NCBI GenBank assembly: GCA_043228905.1
Contig: JBHGNT010000011.1
Span: 17,670,001-17,734,000, forward strand
Origin: Azolla caroliniana
Lineage: Eukaryota; Plantae; Polypodiophyta
Direction of reading: 5' to 3'
DNA length: 64,000 bases
The position numbers and the translations under genes are program-made. Each line of letters opens with the position of its first letter. The stretch's first letter is position 1. The notes beneath the pieces were generated by a model. That model was not told the origin of the DNA, ran no database searches, and saw nothing but the letters and a program-made list of their open reading frames with translations. Of this stretch, positions 26,999 through 40,800 are shown piece after piece.

Positions 26999-27250
26999 CG
27001 GTTTTCGAAGCCACAGAAGAAGAAGAAGAACGAGAAAAAGAAGAAGCGGAAAAAGATGAGGAGGAGGAGGAGGAGGAGGAAGGTCCTACTGTTGAAGAGA
27101 AGAGGTACGTCCCTCCAGATAATGGCGGGAGAAGAAGAATGAAGCAATGCGGAATGATCTTCCTGTTGAAGAAGAGGTATGATTCTGCAGTGGAAGAAGA
27201 CTGTCGTAGAAAAGATGGATTTCCTGTTCAAGAAGAGGAAGGAGGAAACA
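26999..27250 (-). other. Putative non-coding first (5'UTR) exon of PIG-L
   Basis: CT-rich leader on the minus strand ending in a perfect donor CG|GTAAGT (intron 26998-24787; acceptor CCTTAG 9 nt before the ATG). Site-II-like GGCCCA at about 27373 upstream. Confidence 0.6.
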
Positions 27251-29131
27251 CATTATACATTACACATTCTTTTCTTTAACTGATTATTTCCCGGTTCGGT
27301 TCGGTTTGAGCCGAAACCGGCAGACGGAAAGAAAGAAAGAAAGATATATTAACGTCTTGTAAGGCCAAATTTGGCCCATCACACATCTTGGTTTACAACA
27401 AAAATGGGGTATTTACCCATTCATTGAAAGAAAAAATAAAAAACAAAACAAAATAAAATAGAACTTAAGTTAAATGGTTCTACTAAAAAAAACATCTTCT
27501 ATAAGGAAATGGCTTTTTACTTGGCCTAGTTTCATTTCCATCCAAGTCTCTCAAAAAGAAGCGAGAGATCAAAGGGTTTCGATGTGGATGTGGCTTGTGG
27601 TCCCAATGTAAGAGAGAGAGAGAGAGAGAGATAGTTAAGAGATATGTATGGAGTATATAATAGAGAGGTGGGTAAATTTGGGTTTTGAACCCAAAACATA
27701 ATGGTTTAAGGAATAACAACTTACCAATAGGGTAAGCAAATTAGAATAATGATTAAAATGAGCCAACAAAAGAACGCTAGGATTTATTTAGCATAGAGAT
27801 CCCCTCTAGTTATCAATCCAAGTTGGTGATGCCTAATAACACTTAAGATTCTGAGCCGAATAATTGTACGTCCATTGTCGATCATCTCGATTTGGTCAAG
27901 ACTAGAGCAATAATTCGATCACTAAGTTGAGCTAATTGCCAAGCACCATCAGCTTGGCCAACGATTGATAAGCGTTCAACGAAAAAGCCATATCAAAAAG
28001 CAAATATGCAATAGCCAATCACTAAGTGGATTGATCAAACAACTTGGTCAGCAATCGATAGCCAATCTGGTCATCACAATCAATGAATGCTTTAATGACA
28101 TGCCATAAGCGATTGCCAAGAGTTTAATGATGAATGATTGTTGAGTTGAGCTAATGTTCAAGTGATTGTGAGGTGATGGGTCGATAGCCATTAGTTGTTA
28201 GTCCTTCGGCTAATTAGAGACCCCAATCTCACCCAAAGAATCTTGGATTTGATCTAACCAATTTATAAAAGTTCATCCAAGAAGTATCAAACTTAGGAAC
28301 TTTTTCTCCATAAGAAAGCTTTCAAGAACCCAAATTTGGTACTAATGCAGTTGTTTGGGTCATAGAGCTTCCATTCTTTAAAGTGACAACATTATTATTG
28401 CTCAAACCAGCATATTGGTAAGCTCTCACGAACTATAATGTTTAATATTTAGCATATCCTTAAACCGACGAATTTTCTCCCCAATCCATAATGATAGTAA
28501 GCTTCTTGCCCTTCACCATGTTCTGCCCACCTTGTAGAATGATTGTTATGAATGACTAGTACTCCATCTAAGAGGGGGATTTGAATCGGTCTTTGATCAC
28601 CCAATCAAGATTGTCAAATTAGACTCGTCTTTACAAAACCTAATTGAAGGATTAATTGATTAATCCTGGAAGAGAACCCTCAGTATATACATAGTACTTT
28701 TAATCCCGAGTTACATGAGGCAATGCCCACTGGAATATCATACAACATAACAATGGGTAGACAAAGATCATGTAGCATAAGTCACATTTCATTGTAGTCA
28801 CATTCCAGGAATAAATTAGCATATTCCTTAACAATAACTCTATATTAAGAAGCCAAATTTTGACAAGGTAAAAGACCATGTGCAGCCTTCTTGTACATTT
28901 GATGCCATTTGTCTCTCGTCACTTAATCATACTAATTAGTTCACACAAAGTTTCCCTAAGGTGATGATTGTGTCAGTATGTATGTGGAAAAATGTCTTTT
29001 GGTCATGAATCAAATTCGAATGGTGAACAGATTCTTTTGGAGCATCATTTCTGTCCTATAAAAACCAAAATAGTTCAACACTCCAAACCATTTTGCAGTT
29101 GGTCTTACATCATTCTCTGCACCAATTAACG

Positions 29132-29410
29132 AAAACAGAATACACAAGAACATACAAAAAAGAAGAGGCATAATTTAGCCCAGACCAATTTATACAACCA
29201 AACAATTGTTTTTCTTCTTTGAAGCCGTGCTCCAATATGATTAAATACACTCTTAAATATGTATATTCAGCATAAACACCATTAAAAACAGAATACAAAA
29301 ATACATACAAAAGAGAAGAAATCTGGTCAAAGTCCATACCAATTTATTCAATCAAACAATTGTTTTCTTCTTTGGAGCCGTGCTCCAATATAATTAAATA
29401 CACTCTTAAA
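29132..29410. repeat. Two-copy duplication (about 152 bp) in the epimerase 3'UTR
   Basis: AAAACAGAATACA...AAACAATTGTTTT.CTTCTTTG.AGCCGTGCTCCAATAT.ATTAAATACACTCTTAAA at 29132-29257 and 29284-29410. Confidence 0.88.
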
Positions 29411-29431
29411 AAATGTGAACCATAAATAACA

Positions 29432-32400
29432 TTAAATGTTGGTCAAGTTATCAAGAACCTTGCCAGGATCCAAACGTCCACTATGGTAGCTGGAACAGAC
29501 GGTGCAGATCGTTAGGCGGCCTGTCCACTCGTCACGATCCACGACAGAAATAGGTTCTTCAATAGCCGCAGGTTCAATACAGAGCATATGCTTGTATTCA
29601 TCATCCCCGAAATCAGCCATGGCTCGAGCCTTCTTGTCCCAAGGATTCCAAACAACTGTTTCACATGGCATTATAATGAAATTTTATGATCGATGATAAT
29701 ACAGGCATAGATTTATCTTACATATATATATGAGAACACATACACATGCATCCATATATATGTATATTTATGTGTGTACATATAATACACACATGCATAC
29801 ACACAGACATAACATATGTGCATCCGCACATTCATATCTACATTCATCCTACTCGTATGTGTAGATGTAAGGCTCGTCTGAAAAGAACTGTGATCCTACA
29901 CCATCTTTTGTGATTTACTATGTCTAGTGTTTTTCTTGTATGTGAATTCCCATTGAAAGTCATCCACTCAAGGCAGATTTTTGTCTGGAATTTGGTACAT
30001 CTTATAATGAGGAGCATGTCCCTCTCAACAAAGCACCTCTTCCATTCTTCCCAAGAGTGTCTAAGGCGCTTTGTTGCAGTTCCAAACTGCAATATGTAGC
30101 TCTAGTTATGTCTCCCATAGGCTTGGGATCAACTATTTAATGGCCTTCACCAAACATCACCGAAAACAGCTTTATTGCCTTCCTTGCAGGTTATTCTAAA
30201 CTTTCCAGGTTATTTTGGGAGTTCACACAACATACAAGAGCATTTGATAAACCTCACAAACACACACATACAAGTATATATTCTGAATCTGCTAATTGCA
30301 GATACATGAAATAAAATCAATAAACAAAACTTACCTGCATCTGGGAACCCCTCTTTTTTCAACACAAATGTCCGCTTCTTTCCATGATCAATAAGTGCTA
30401 TTTTTGTTGGTGTGTTCAGATATACTCTGTCAAACTACCACATTGCATTCAAAGAATATAAGAGCAATCTGAATATATTATTACAAAAAATTAGAGTAGA
30501 GTTGTGCTTAAAATTATAGGTATTTACCTCACCCTCAAATGTTAAAGCATCTCCCTGTTCAGTAAAAGTTTTCCGGTTTTGCAGATTATCAAGATAATTC
30601 AAGGTTTCCAAGCCTTCTACTCGCACTTCACTGATATTTTTCATGTGATTACAACTTGAAACATGGTAGATATAGAGCTCGAACATAGCTACAAAATCGC
30701 ATAGAAAAATAATATTTTCACCTGATATCAGAGACCGAGAAGTATGTGTGCAATGCAATAGTGAAAAATAACGGCTTTTTTTCATAATTCCGAACTCGGG
30801 CTGTAATGTCCAACTCCCCTTCCGGTCCCAATGAAACTCGAAGCCGAAATTCAAAACTAACATTCACAGAACAAATGTATTTATTTACACGCATAATCTT
30901 TAACATCTTAACAAATTTTGATTAGATGATTAAATTCTTTTATTGCCAAGCCCAATGTAGCTTTTCTTAAAATTTAAAAAAATCTTTATCGGTAAGTTAT
31001 TTTATGGTCAAGGCCTTTTCTCTATAGCAGAAGTGAGTATAATAACCTAGTCTCAACTGTTCTATACAAACAGTTATACAGAAAATTTTGCGGAAGTATC
31101 AATATAGTTCCAGATCTTATAAAGAGAGCAAATCTATGTACACAAATACTCCTTGCATTATCTGTAGTTTTTCTTAGTCTTACAAAGATTTTCTAGATTA
31201 GTAAGTGATATAATACAGTATTTTCCCATATAGTGGATAACACTCACGAAAAGACCATACACAGCTGCTCCACAGAAACAGTTTTATGTCAATTGCTATT
31301 GAAGTATACCTATGATACCGGGTCTTCTTATCTTCCTCAGTAGGTTTGAGAATAAGGTCAACTGTTGCCTCATCATCACTACATCTAGGTAGTGGGTGGG
31401 GGTTTGCATCAACGGTCCAGTATCTATTCCGGGCAAACCCATGTTGCCCTGTAGAACCCATGTTGCTAAACTACAAAAACCCCAATACAGTACAGTTTAA
31501 GATCAAGGGTTCTATATATCCAGATAGTTCAAACCTGTTCATGGTTGAGGGCAATGCAAACCTGTGGAAAACAAATGGGAATTCCTCCACGGATAGGCTT
31601 GGGAGGCTTGAAGATTGCCTATAAAACCGGCCATTAATATAGTTAGCATCCTAAAAAACTAATAAAACTCTTTCATGTTTTCTTTTGTACCAAAAATATG
31701 GCCAACAACAGAAATCAAATGCACAAAGTTACTGATGTGATGCTTATGAAAAAAATGCAAGAAACACCAATCTCAATAGTGTTAACCTGCAAAATATTCC
31801 AATGTGTCCAACACATCAAAAACTAAACCATCCCCACAATACTAGACATCCAAAAATGCAATCTCAAATTCCATCACCATCGTTCACTTTTGAGAGCTGA
31901 AAAGACCTCCAGATTAAGTGTGAAAAGGTGAGGCAGCAGATTGTGATCTCAACGGAAGGTAGAAGTGATTGAGAGTCATAAAGATAAAGCATAATTACAT
32001 AGGAGCTACAATTGTGAAGAGAGGATTGATAGCGAAGAGGGGTCTTTGCTGTGGATGGGTTAGAGGAGTTGCAATGGTGCATTGTGAATGGCTTGCATTT
32101 GGGTTTTAGACATCGGGATCATCATGTGTGTCTTAACCTAACAGCTATATGGTTTGGTGTTTATTGGTTTTGAAAATATCTCCTTTAATAATTGTATCAA
32201 ATGCTTTTACTACCAAAGATATTGAATTTGTTCAAGTGGGGGCTTGAATATCATTGTGTCCAAGTGAAGCACAACATTGGATCTGTTACATTTAATTTAG
32301 TTATTATTATATCCCTATTTACTTGTGATCATATGATTATAAGGGTAATGGAAAGCAAAAACAACCTTAGAGCTCATAAATAGTAGGTCTTCTCCATGAT

Positions 32401-35400
32401 CATCCTTCCATGAAGTAACATGACCTCCATATAAGTGTACCTAAAAGCATCCAAATAGTCCAATTTACGCTTTATTTAAGAGAAAATAGTAAAGTTAATT
32501 TCTTTCAAGAAGACTTATAAACTAGTTATGAACATAAAGTTCTGGGAAAGAGCATGCGGGTGAAAATTTCTCAATAAACTTCAATATTTATAACAAAAAT
32601 TTACTAGACAAGCGGAAAACTTATGGAGTAGATATGAGACATGGTGTATTTAAAAATATTGGTATTAAGATAAGAACAGAATATTAGTTATCTACGAGTC
32701 TCATTAAAAGATCACAGTTGGTATAGGCACGATGAGAGGTTTGTGGTGGAGAACCTCCCTTCAGTAAGCTGGGAAGATTACATTATTCTAGGTTGATGTT
32801 AATATGAATAACGATCAAACATTCTAAAGATGTCTAGAGAAACTGAGAATCTTTCATGTTGATGATGCACTTCATATTACATGGGTCACACATTCTAAAA
32901 GATAACATTAAAAAATCACAGTTGGTATAGGCATGATGAGAGGTTTGTGGTGTAGAACCTCCCTTCAGTAACCTGGGAAGATTACATTATTCTATATTGA
33001 TGTTAATATGAACAACGATATCATAGATGATGATGACATCATCAAACATTCTAAAGATGTCGAGAGAAATCAATTATCTTGCATGTTGATGATGCACTTC
33101 ATATTATATGGGTCACAGATTCTAAAAGGTAACATTAAAACATCACAGTTGGTATAGGCACAATGAGAGGTTTATGGTGTAGAACCTCCTTTCAGTAACC
33201 TGGGAAGATTATATTATTCTAGATTGATGTTAATATGAAGAACAATATCATATATGATGATGACATCATCAAACATTCTAAAGATGTCTACATAAATCAA
33301 GGATCTTTCATGTTGATGATGATCTGCCAGTGCCAAAAGGCTGTCATGCGGCCATGAATTCATAACTTAAATTTATCTTCAAGAACTTTATCATAGTATT
33401 TAAATCTATGTTCTAGAACTTTATCATGGAAACTTTCCTCTCTATGGAGCCTGATAACTATTTGTAATTTTTGTGATTATAAAAAGAACCCTGTTATGTG
33501 CATGTTATAGAAGACCCCTATCTTAGAAAAATAGTCGATGGGTGTTCAGTGTTGTATTGGCACAGTCCATTGATTGCTTATAAAGGGAGGATCACACTTC
33601 ACTTGTGGTGTGGACACACACTAACTAGAGATCTAGCAAAGAGGCTGATAGGCTAGGATAGCACAAGGTTACCCTGGTGGTACTAGAGACAGGGTCTTAT
33701 ATTTGCTATACTTTGATCTCAGAATTTGGCCCCAACCCAAGAGTGCCATCAAACAGTGGATATGGACAGAGGTTCATCTAATTTAAATTTCCATGCAGTC
33801 TTATAGCAAGGGGATCTGTCAAAACCTTAATATTCATGGGACCATTCTAGAATGTCCCTAGGCATAGGTGTGGACACACAATACGAAAATATTGTATCCA
33901 AAAGGTAGAGATGCAAACTAGCCACTGTGCATGGGGGCTAATATATAGAGGAATTTAATGTTGAGAGGACACGCATTAGAACAGACCACACCTTTGTTTT
34001 TCGGTCCTAACTACTGGCATCACAAATATCAGTATGGTCATCACCAAGTTTTCCCCAATCTACTTGCTCCAACCCCTAGATTGAGGATGTCCTCACCGAT
34101 GCTTACATCAATGAGCGACTTAGTGACTTCAGGGAGGTAGTCAATCAAAGATTTTATATCCACGAGCAACCCCTGCTTGAACAATTGACAGCAGTCAGTC
34201 TGTCCACTCTGTTGATGTACCCCAGGCATTGGGAGTGAAGTTGACGCATCCGCAAAACTTCATCTAATAACACACCAGCATCCCATAAGCCTAGCTATTT
34301 CATAAAAGACTTGAATCCACCAAAATATAAGGACAATGTTTCAGATTGGAATGCAAACACGATATAACAATGGCTTGTAAATCGAAATCTACCACTTTCA
34401 CAAGAATTGATGATCAAACCCGCATAGAACATGCATCATTTAACCTGCAAGTCATAGCTCATGGATGTTGGAGGAAAGTAGTTTAAGATAACCAAATGCC
34501 CTAGGAAGGGGTTAATTTTAAAGCAATGTTTATGAATAACTTTGTCCCTTCCATAGAAGTGCAGTAGGTCCCTTGATGATTGGTTCTTTGTCACTCAACA
34601 AAACTTTTGTGCAAGCGTATGAAGATAAATAACGTGAGATAATATCCACAGTATACACAAGAAGATATCTGATTATTGCAGGTACACAATATTGCCTTAG
34701 GTCTTGTGGACACTCTTTGACCGTTAGTTCTTAGAGAGAAATGTACCATGCTCAGTCCGGCTATTGAGATTGTCACGTATATAAGGAATGTTGAAAACCT
34801 GTTAGCTGAATCCCTCAACATAGGGCAAATAATGGGTAGCATTAGAAACACTTTTGTTATGCGGGAGAAGTCTAAGCAGTCTACAAAATTGTTGTTTCCC
34901 AGTAAACCCATATTTGGCAAGATAAAATGAGGGTCCTTGAACCCTTCTCGTATGAAAAGCATAAATCTAGTTTAACCAAGAAACAACAAAAAAGTTTCGC
35001 AGGAAGCTCTATGTTTTGGTTGTTTGGGGCAACACTAACTTACAGACTGTCCGAATAGAAAGAGAAAGGTTTTGGCTAATGCCACGTTAACTTGCATGGG
35101 TGATGAGCAAGATAGTGACAAGTCTCCGACCAACTTGGTTACTAACTTTAGAGCAATTAAGAACTTACTTATATGGTTGCATTGGCCTCTCCCCATTGAC
35201 ATTAAAAAAACTATTCTATTCTATCGGCCCACACCAAGTCATGTGTCGGAGTTCAGATTGTTTTTAGGGCTTTCCAGTTCTTCAGAAATTCATCCAGAGA
35301 TATGCTAGCATCTACACAATGTTGAGAATGATTTACCCATCGCTACCATATATCCTAAAGATTAATGTTCGTGATGTAGTTGTACGGGCCATCCTTATTC

Positions 35401-35992
35401 AACAAGATAGACCATTAGCTTTCAAGAGCAAAAACCTCTTCGCAATGCACATGAAGTGGCCCATGCATGCATTTGCGAGATGGTATTACTAACTGTACAT
35501 ACCCAAGTTAAAATTTTGACTGATCATGAGATTATGAAGTATTTCTCTACCAAATTGGATTTGAGGATTCCCACATGGAAAAAGAGTATAATATAGGAAA
35601 AGATAACATAGACAACAATGCTTTGTGTAGACTTAGGTACCAAATGAGTTTTCCGTATATTCGAAGGTGAAACATCACATGCTACACAAGAAGCACAAAA
35701 AGCAGACAAATTTATTTAGAATAATCATCACATGGAAGATGCTAGAGAGAGCAGTTCTCCAATAGAATACTGCCCTTGAAGTTCTCCGTTGAGCAAGGGG
35801 TTCTCGAGAAAAAAGGAGAGATGTGTTCCACAAGTTCCCAATATTAGGAATCAAGTTGTGACATATTATTCCATGATAGTCCATGTGTTGGACATTTGGG
35901 AAAACGACTCTCGGCTTGGTTAGAAATACTATTAGTGGCCACGTATGGACATGGATGTGCTAGACTATGTGTCTCGATACATGTCTTCCCTA

Positions 35993-36039
<47 letters not shown>

Positions 36040-37873
36040 CTAGAGTATCATGAGAAGATCTCACGAGGTTTGTTTTACCACCTTTACTTCTTAACCAAGG
36101 AAAAATCCTCTTTCCTTACATTTACACTCTTCGAGTGCATTCACAAAAGCTTGAACAATTTCCCAAGGTTCATTTTTTTAGGTGCTGCGATGCATATTCC
36201 AAGCTTTTTAAGGAGCTTAAATCCTTTCTTCTCCATCAGGCTAATTGCTGTACTTCTCTTTATCACTTGTAAACACATCACAACTTCCACACTTAATGTG
36301 AATACAACCTTAGAAATTCTAGTGCATGCATATACTATCTTGATTCCTAACAAGAAAAGCAGTGATTGCTAGCTAAGAAAAAGTCTTCGCATCACCTCTA
36401 GACAAGCTCAATTAGGTGGAAAGTACAACTTTGCAAAAACACTAGATAATGTACATATTAGTGAAGTAAACATTTTGACAAATGATCCTAATTACAGTAG
36501 GCTATACAACAAAAATTCCCAAAAGGTAGTAAGTCATGTGGATATGGTAAGATCTAAGGATGGAAATCCTCTTGAAAACCCCACTGATGTATGAATATCT
36601 CAGCAAGAAATTTAGATAATGTAGGTGATGATGAGGCAAACACCTTGACAAATGATCCAAATTGAATCAAGGTTATATAGGACAAAGAATTCCTTAAAAC
36701 CTCAGGTAATTTAAATTCACTAGATCCATCCATGACGCAATGAGTGTTCTATCATCCCCAATATGCTAGAAAATCAAGCCAGGATAAGGTGAATTAAAAG
36801 ATGGAACTTATGAAGTGCTACATCTCTGTAAACTTCTCAACAATTTTCACCATCAATATTACCTCTCTTCGTGGGGGTGTTTCTTCCATCACACTGAAGC
36901 AGATATATGGGTGTCCTATATTATCCTACCAAGGTGTCTACCATCTTGGATTAAAGTAGAGCACGATCTAATTCATGCATCCATCCAACCATTTAGCCTT
37001 GGCTGGTTGGAGACTTGTGGTATTTGGAAAACAGGTGCCTTTGTTCAGTAAAATGAAGTTCGATATATATAAAGTTGCTAATTGGAAATGCTTATAAAGG
37101 AAGAAATCCTCCAAAATATATACATTTTTTTGTTTAAATTCCTATCAATTTGTGGCAAAGGTGAGGGTTGGAATGTTTTATAATGGAAACAAAATCAGAC
37201 AAATAAACGTTTTTTCCTACTAAATTTTAATTTTAATTGGACACAACCACGTAAAATTATCTACCAAGTTCCTATAAGTTGGTGGCATTCTCTAATAATT
37301 TTGTAATATTTTATGGAGGAAAAGATATAACTTGTCAAACATTTATTAGTTTTTAATATTCAACCACTAAAATAGACTAAAATCCTACTAATTTGCGGTC
37401 TTTTCTCATAATGTCCAATTACCGCATGCATGAAAAAGTAACTGAAGCCAATTACTAAAGAACGCTTTCTTGAACACATGGGTGTACTCAAGCCTTAATT
37501 CCATCATCATAGCGTTATTCTAAGATTGATGAAGTAAGTTAATTCTTCATCAGGGGTCCTAGATCCTTACATGCACAAAAAAGGTACCAAAATTACTCAA
37601 TTTTAAAAAGAAAATAGAAATAATCCGAAGAGTGGGGAGGGATACTAGATCCTTGAAAAAAACAAACGAATACGTACAGGAAGTTAAAATAAATAAAAAC
37701 AAGAGGGCGGGATGGGATGGGATGGGATGTACCTGTGCAGAGAAGCCACGAGGGTTGTTTAAGACAACCACTTCTAGGCCATTAGGATCGACAGTAAACT
37801 GTTTAGGGGGCTTCTTGATAGTATGTTCTGTTACTTCCGGTGGATCTGTTTCGGCAGATATTACATCGCTCAT
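29432..37873 (-). CDS. Glucose-6-phosphate 1-epimerase / aldose 1-epimerase (galactose mutarotase-like) family protein, 8 exons
   Basis: Motifs VHLYGGHVTSWK, IRGGIPICFPQF, QHGFARNR.W, FTIALHTYFSVSDI, FDRVYL, GFPDAVVWNPW..KA.AMADFGDDEYKHMLCIE. Exons 37873-37733, 32440-32366, 31618-31562, 31470-31310, 30856-30722, 30630-30528, 30434-30335, 29655-29432; all GT-AG. Confidence 0.94.
32704..33320. repeat. Three-copy tandem repeat (about 205-225 bp) in epimerase intron 1
   Basis: TTAAAA.ATCACAGTTGGTATAGGCA..ATGAGAGGTTT.TGGT..AGAACCTCC...CTGGGAAGATTA starts at about 32704, 32908 and 33134. Confidence 0.92.
33500..35990 (+). mobile_element. Decayed Ty3/Gypsy LTR retrotransposon inside epimerase intron 1 (antisense to host gene)
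   Basis: In Gypsy order: PBS-like TGGCATCA (about 34015), gag TRIEHASFNLQVIAHG.W (34415-34470), zinc knuckle CFGCLGQH*LTDCP (35010-35055), PTPSHVSEFRLFLGL (RT thumb), AILIQQDRPLAF.SK and KILTDH (RNase H), FHDSPCVGHLG...WPRMDMDVLDYV (integrase Zn region). LTR boundary uncertain. Confidence 0.8.
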
Positions 37874-38210
37874 GATCAGTTACGTGTTTAGGGTTTCTAT
37901 GTGTCCTGCTGGGGTGTCTGTGGGGGTGTCTGTGGATCAGGCTAACTCTCTCCGTCAGTGCATATCATCATCTAACAAGGTGAAGTAGGTTCTGGTCCCT
38001 CTCCTGAGGACCAATTGATTGATCGTGATTCAATGGATTCTATCCACACTCTCTCGGGGGTCGCTCGGCCGGCTGATGGAATTATGTCCTCGTCCATTTG
38101 TCCATTGTATGTCATGAATCATTTCACTATGTGTTCATTCGTGCTACACAACTGAGGCTTTGTATTCACGGGGTTTGGGGGGCAGGGGGAGGGGGGGGGG
38201 GGGGGGGGCC

Positions 38211-38288
38211 GAGGGGGTCTTGAATTAAATAGGATGGTTTCATACTAGTTGAGGGGGTCTTGAATTATACAGGATGGTTTCATACTAG
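38211..38288. repeat. 40-bp direct repeat upstream of the epimerase gene, next to a poly-G tract
   Basis: GAGGGGGTCTTGAATTA.A.AGGATGGTTTCATACTAG at 38211 and 38251. Confidence 0.9.
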
Positions 38289-39859
38289 CTGCCGCATCAC
38301 ATTTTGGCCCTTGCAATATAAGCTTTTTCTTTCGTGGGGAGAGGAGGATGTTTGTTAGTTTTTCTTTCGAGGAACTCTTTGTGTGGAAGGAATCTTGAGG
38401 CAAGTAGGTTTGTCCATGTAGTATATAAAGTTAAACCTGATATATCATGTTGCCAAGGTTGCATGTGCATGTGCAAGTGCATGTGTGATGCCTCTGATTG
38501 CATAAGTCGCACTACTGCAAAGAGAAAGCATCACTCATCAAAATTAACGTGTATTATGATGTTCTTGGTAGTTCTATGATCAAAAGGTATATAACTTCAC
38601 TTACCTCGTTGTTCGTACTTACATTACTCGTGTGTTATGGGTCCAATTCCCCTGCACTCACTATTGGGGAAGTCAAGTGCAGTTTGTTCACTAGGTCATA
38701 ACAAAAAATGTTGCTCATTCCACGATATATGTTTGACAGTGGTTCAATGTTCACAAAAATCTCATGTATTTATACGTGTTGTCCCTCGATAAGTGAATAA
38801 TTGTAATCCAAGATTCTTGATTGAATCCCCATTGTTGTATATATCTAGATCCTCGTAAGTATCAGGAATAAATTTTTCTTAACCATGTATGCAGATATCA
38901 TCTAGATTTATATTGTCACGTTATTTTACACCACATTTCGATGCTCAAATTGATTAGCATGCATCCAATGCAATAGCATTTATTTAGTATGCTTTGCTCT
39001 CTTTTTTTGGCCCATATGGATTAGAAAATGAATGTTGGTGGTGCCAAGATTGACAATCACCATGTATATACACTTGTCAACCAATGGAAGCATACCCCCT
39101 CAATAATCATGGCCTTGCAACTTTGCTTCGTTAATCCCTTTGTTTGGTGTTTTAAAATTATACTACACAAACAATGTTGTTTGCATCATATGGCTTGATC
39201 ATTAGAAGAATGATGAGCCATTGAATGTGGAAAGCGAAAAAGCATCCCTTGAGCTTGCTAATTAATAGAGGCATGAGAAAGAAGCATGTGTATCCATTTG
39301 TGCAATCCCACGTTCCCAGACACCATTTAGGTTGGGAATGAGGCTTTATCCCATCTCTACCACTCTCTATTTCTCCTATGTAAATGTTCAACTAGCATTG
39401 AGAGCCATGTGTATGTATGAAAGACACCCTTGCATAAGACGAGGTGAATATGAGATAAACGTGATATGCGTAAGAGGGAGATTAGTGTTATCAAGCAAGG
39501 ATCGAGATATTGACATTCAAAGATTATTTCATGTCTACGTAAAAAGCTTTTCATGCAACACTAATTGGTGACTTGTGGAATATAATGGTTGAAACTGGAA
39601 GTCATTCATTATAGAATGGGTATTGCACCCTTATATGAGCAAGTTAGATCCTAAAATCCAATAATAAGTTCCACAACCGAAGAGACTTTTAGATATTTCA
39701 GGATTTCTAGGCCACCCGAAATATTAGGTAGTGCATTCTATGGCAAATCGAGGAGCAAATTAAAGATCGCGTGCATATTTTCTAAATACTTTCCAAGTAA
39801 ACATGGGCTAAGGAATGATGTCCAGTATTACCACACTACCTGGTCCATGAAACCATCTA

Positions 39860-40800
39860 TTCTATTGTTTTGATATGCAAAAAATGAGGTTATCTTTTCA
39901 TATGATGCAAAGGGTTAGAAATGCTTACTCGGAGTTCTAGAAGCATTTCACCAATTTAGCAAACTAATTGTTAATGTGAATGGCACAAAAATAACAAACA
40001 ACGAGAACAATGCAACCTCTTTGATACCTTACTTTTTACGTATAAGGAAGAATCCATACATTTTATGTAAAACTTCAAATATAATACTATTGGATCGTGG
40101 TGCACCTAGCCCAAATAAATGAACCATGTGTTTTGAATCTAAGCGTTAAGCTAGTTGGATAAGTTATTACATGTTGGGGAATTGATTCAACCAATGCGAG
40201 ACACGTGCATGAGAGGTTAGACTAATGATAGTTAATGCCACTATGACACAAGTAAATTGTGGGGTGATCCGACTCCTATCTCACCAAATGCATGGAATAA
40301 GATCGAGAAAAATTTGAACATATTCGTGAGGAGACAAACGGGAGTTAAATCCACTACAACCTACATGGTTAGGCTATTGGAAACATGTGCTCAACCAATT
40401 GACATATTGGAATTAGTAAGGGTATAGAAGTACATTATAAAATTGAAGAATATGTCGAACCATGGGTTACCAAATGTTGCTTGAATGTTGGATTTGAGCT
40501 CCAATAAAATTATAAGAGCAAAATATTATCATTTGATGGGGTGGTTGAATTAAAGAAATGGCTCAATTAGGGTGTAAGACATCTTATGACTATCAAGTGA
40601 TAATATGCAAAATGTGGTTTTCAAGGGAAGATCACTGGAATTTCTGCATAAAGGGTTTTGGGTTGTACCTAAAACTTTTGAGTTTCAATATGCATATTAG
40701 GTTACATACCAACATGGGAAGGGGCCTAGACCCTCTTAATGAATCATAAAAAATTCTCATACTTAGAGGGTGTTTTTCCAATGGGATGAGATGGGAGGTT
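39860..40800 (+). mobile_element. Decayed non-LTR (RTE-like) LINE ORF2 fragment
   Basis: Reads ILLF*YAKNEVIFSYDAKG*KCLLGVLEAFHQFSKLIVNVNGTKI (relic YADD plus VN..KTK motif), then KLWG, WNKIEK, KSTTTY. Heavily degenerate. Confidence 0.5.

Noticed and set aside
26936-27142. Lys/Arg-rich 68-aa ORF resembling an NLS peptide
   Set aside because: It is the reverse complement of the CT-rich putative PIG-L leader and starts at TTG rather than ATG.
32930-33325. Box C-like ATGATGA words suggesting an intronic snoRNA cluster
   Set aside because: No consistent C/D pairing with terminal stem or rRNA-complementary guide; the words are antisense to the host gene and explained by (GAT)n repeats.
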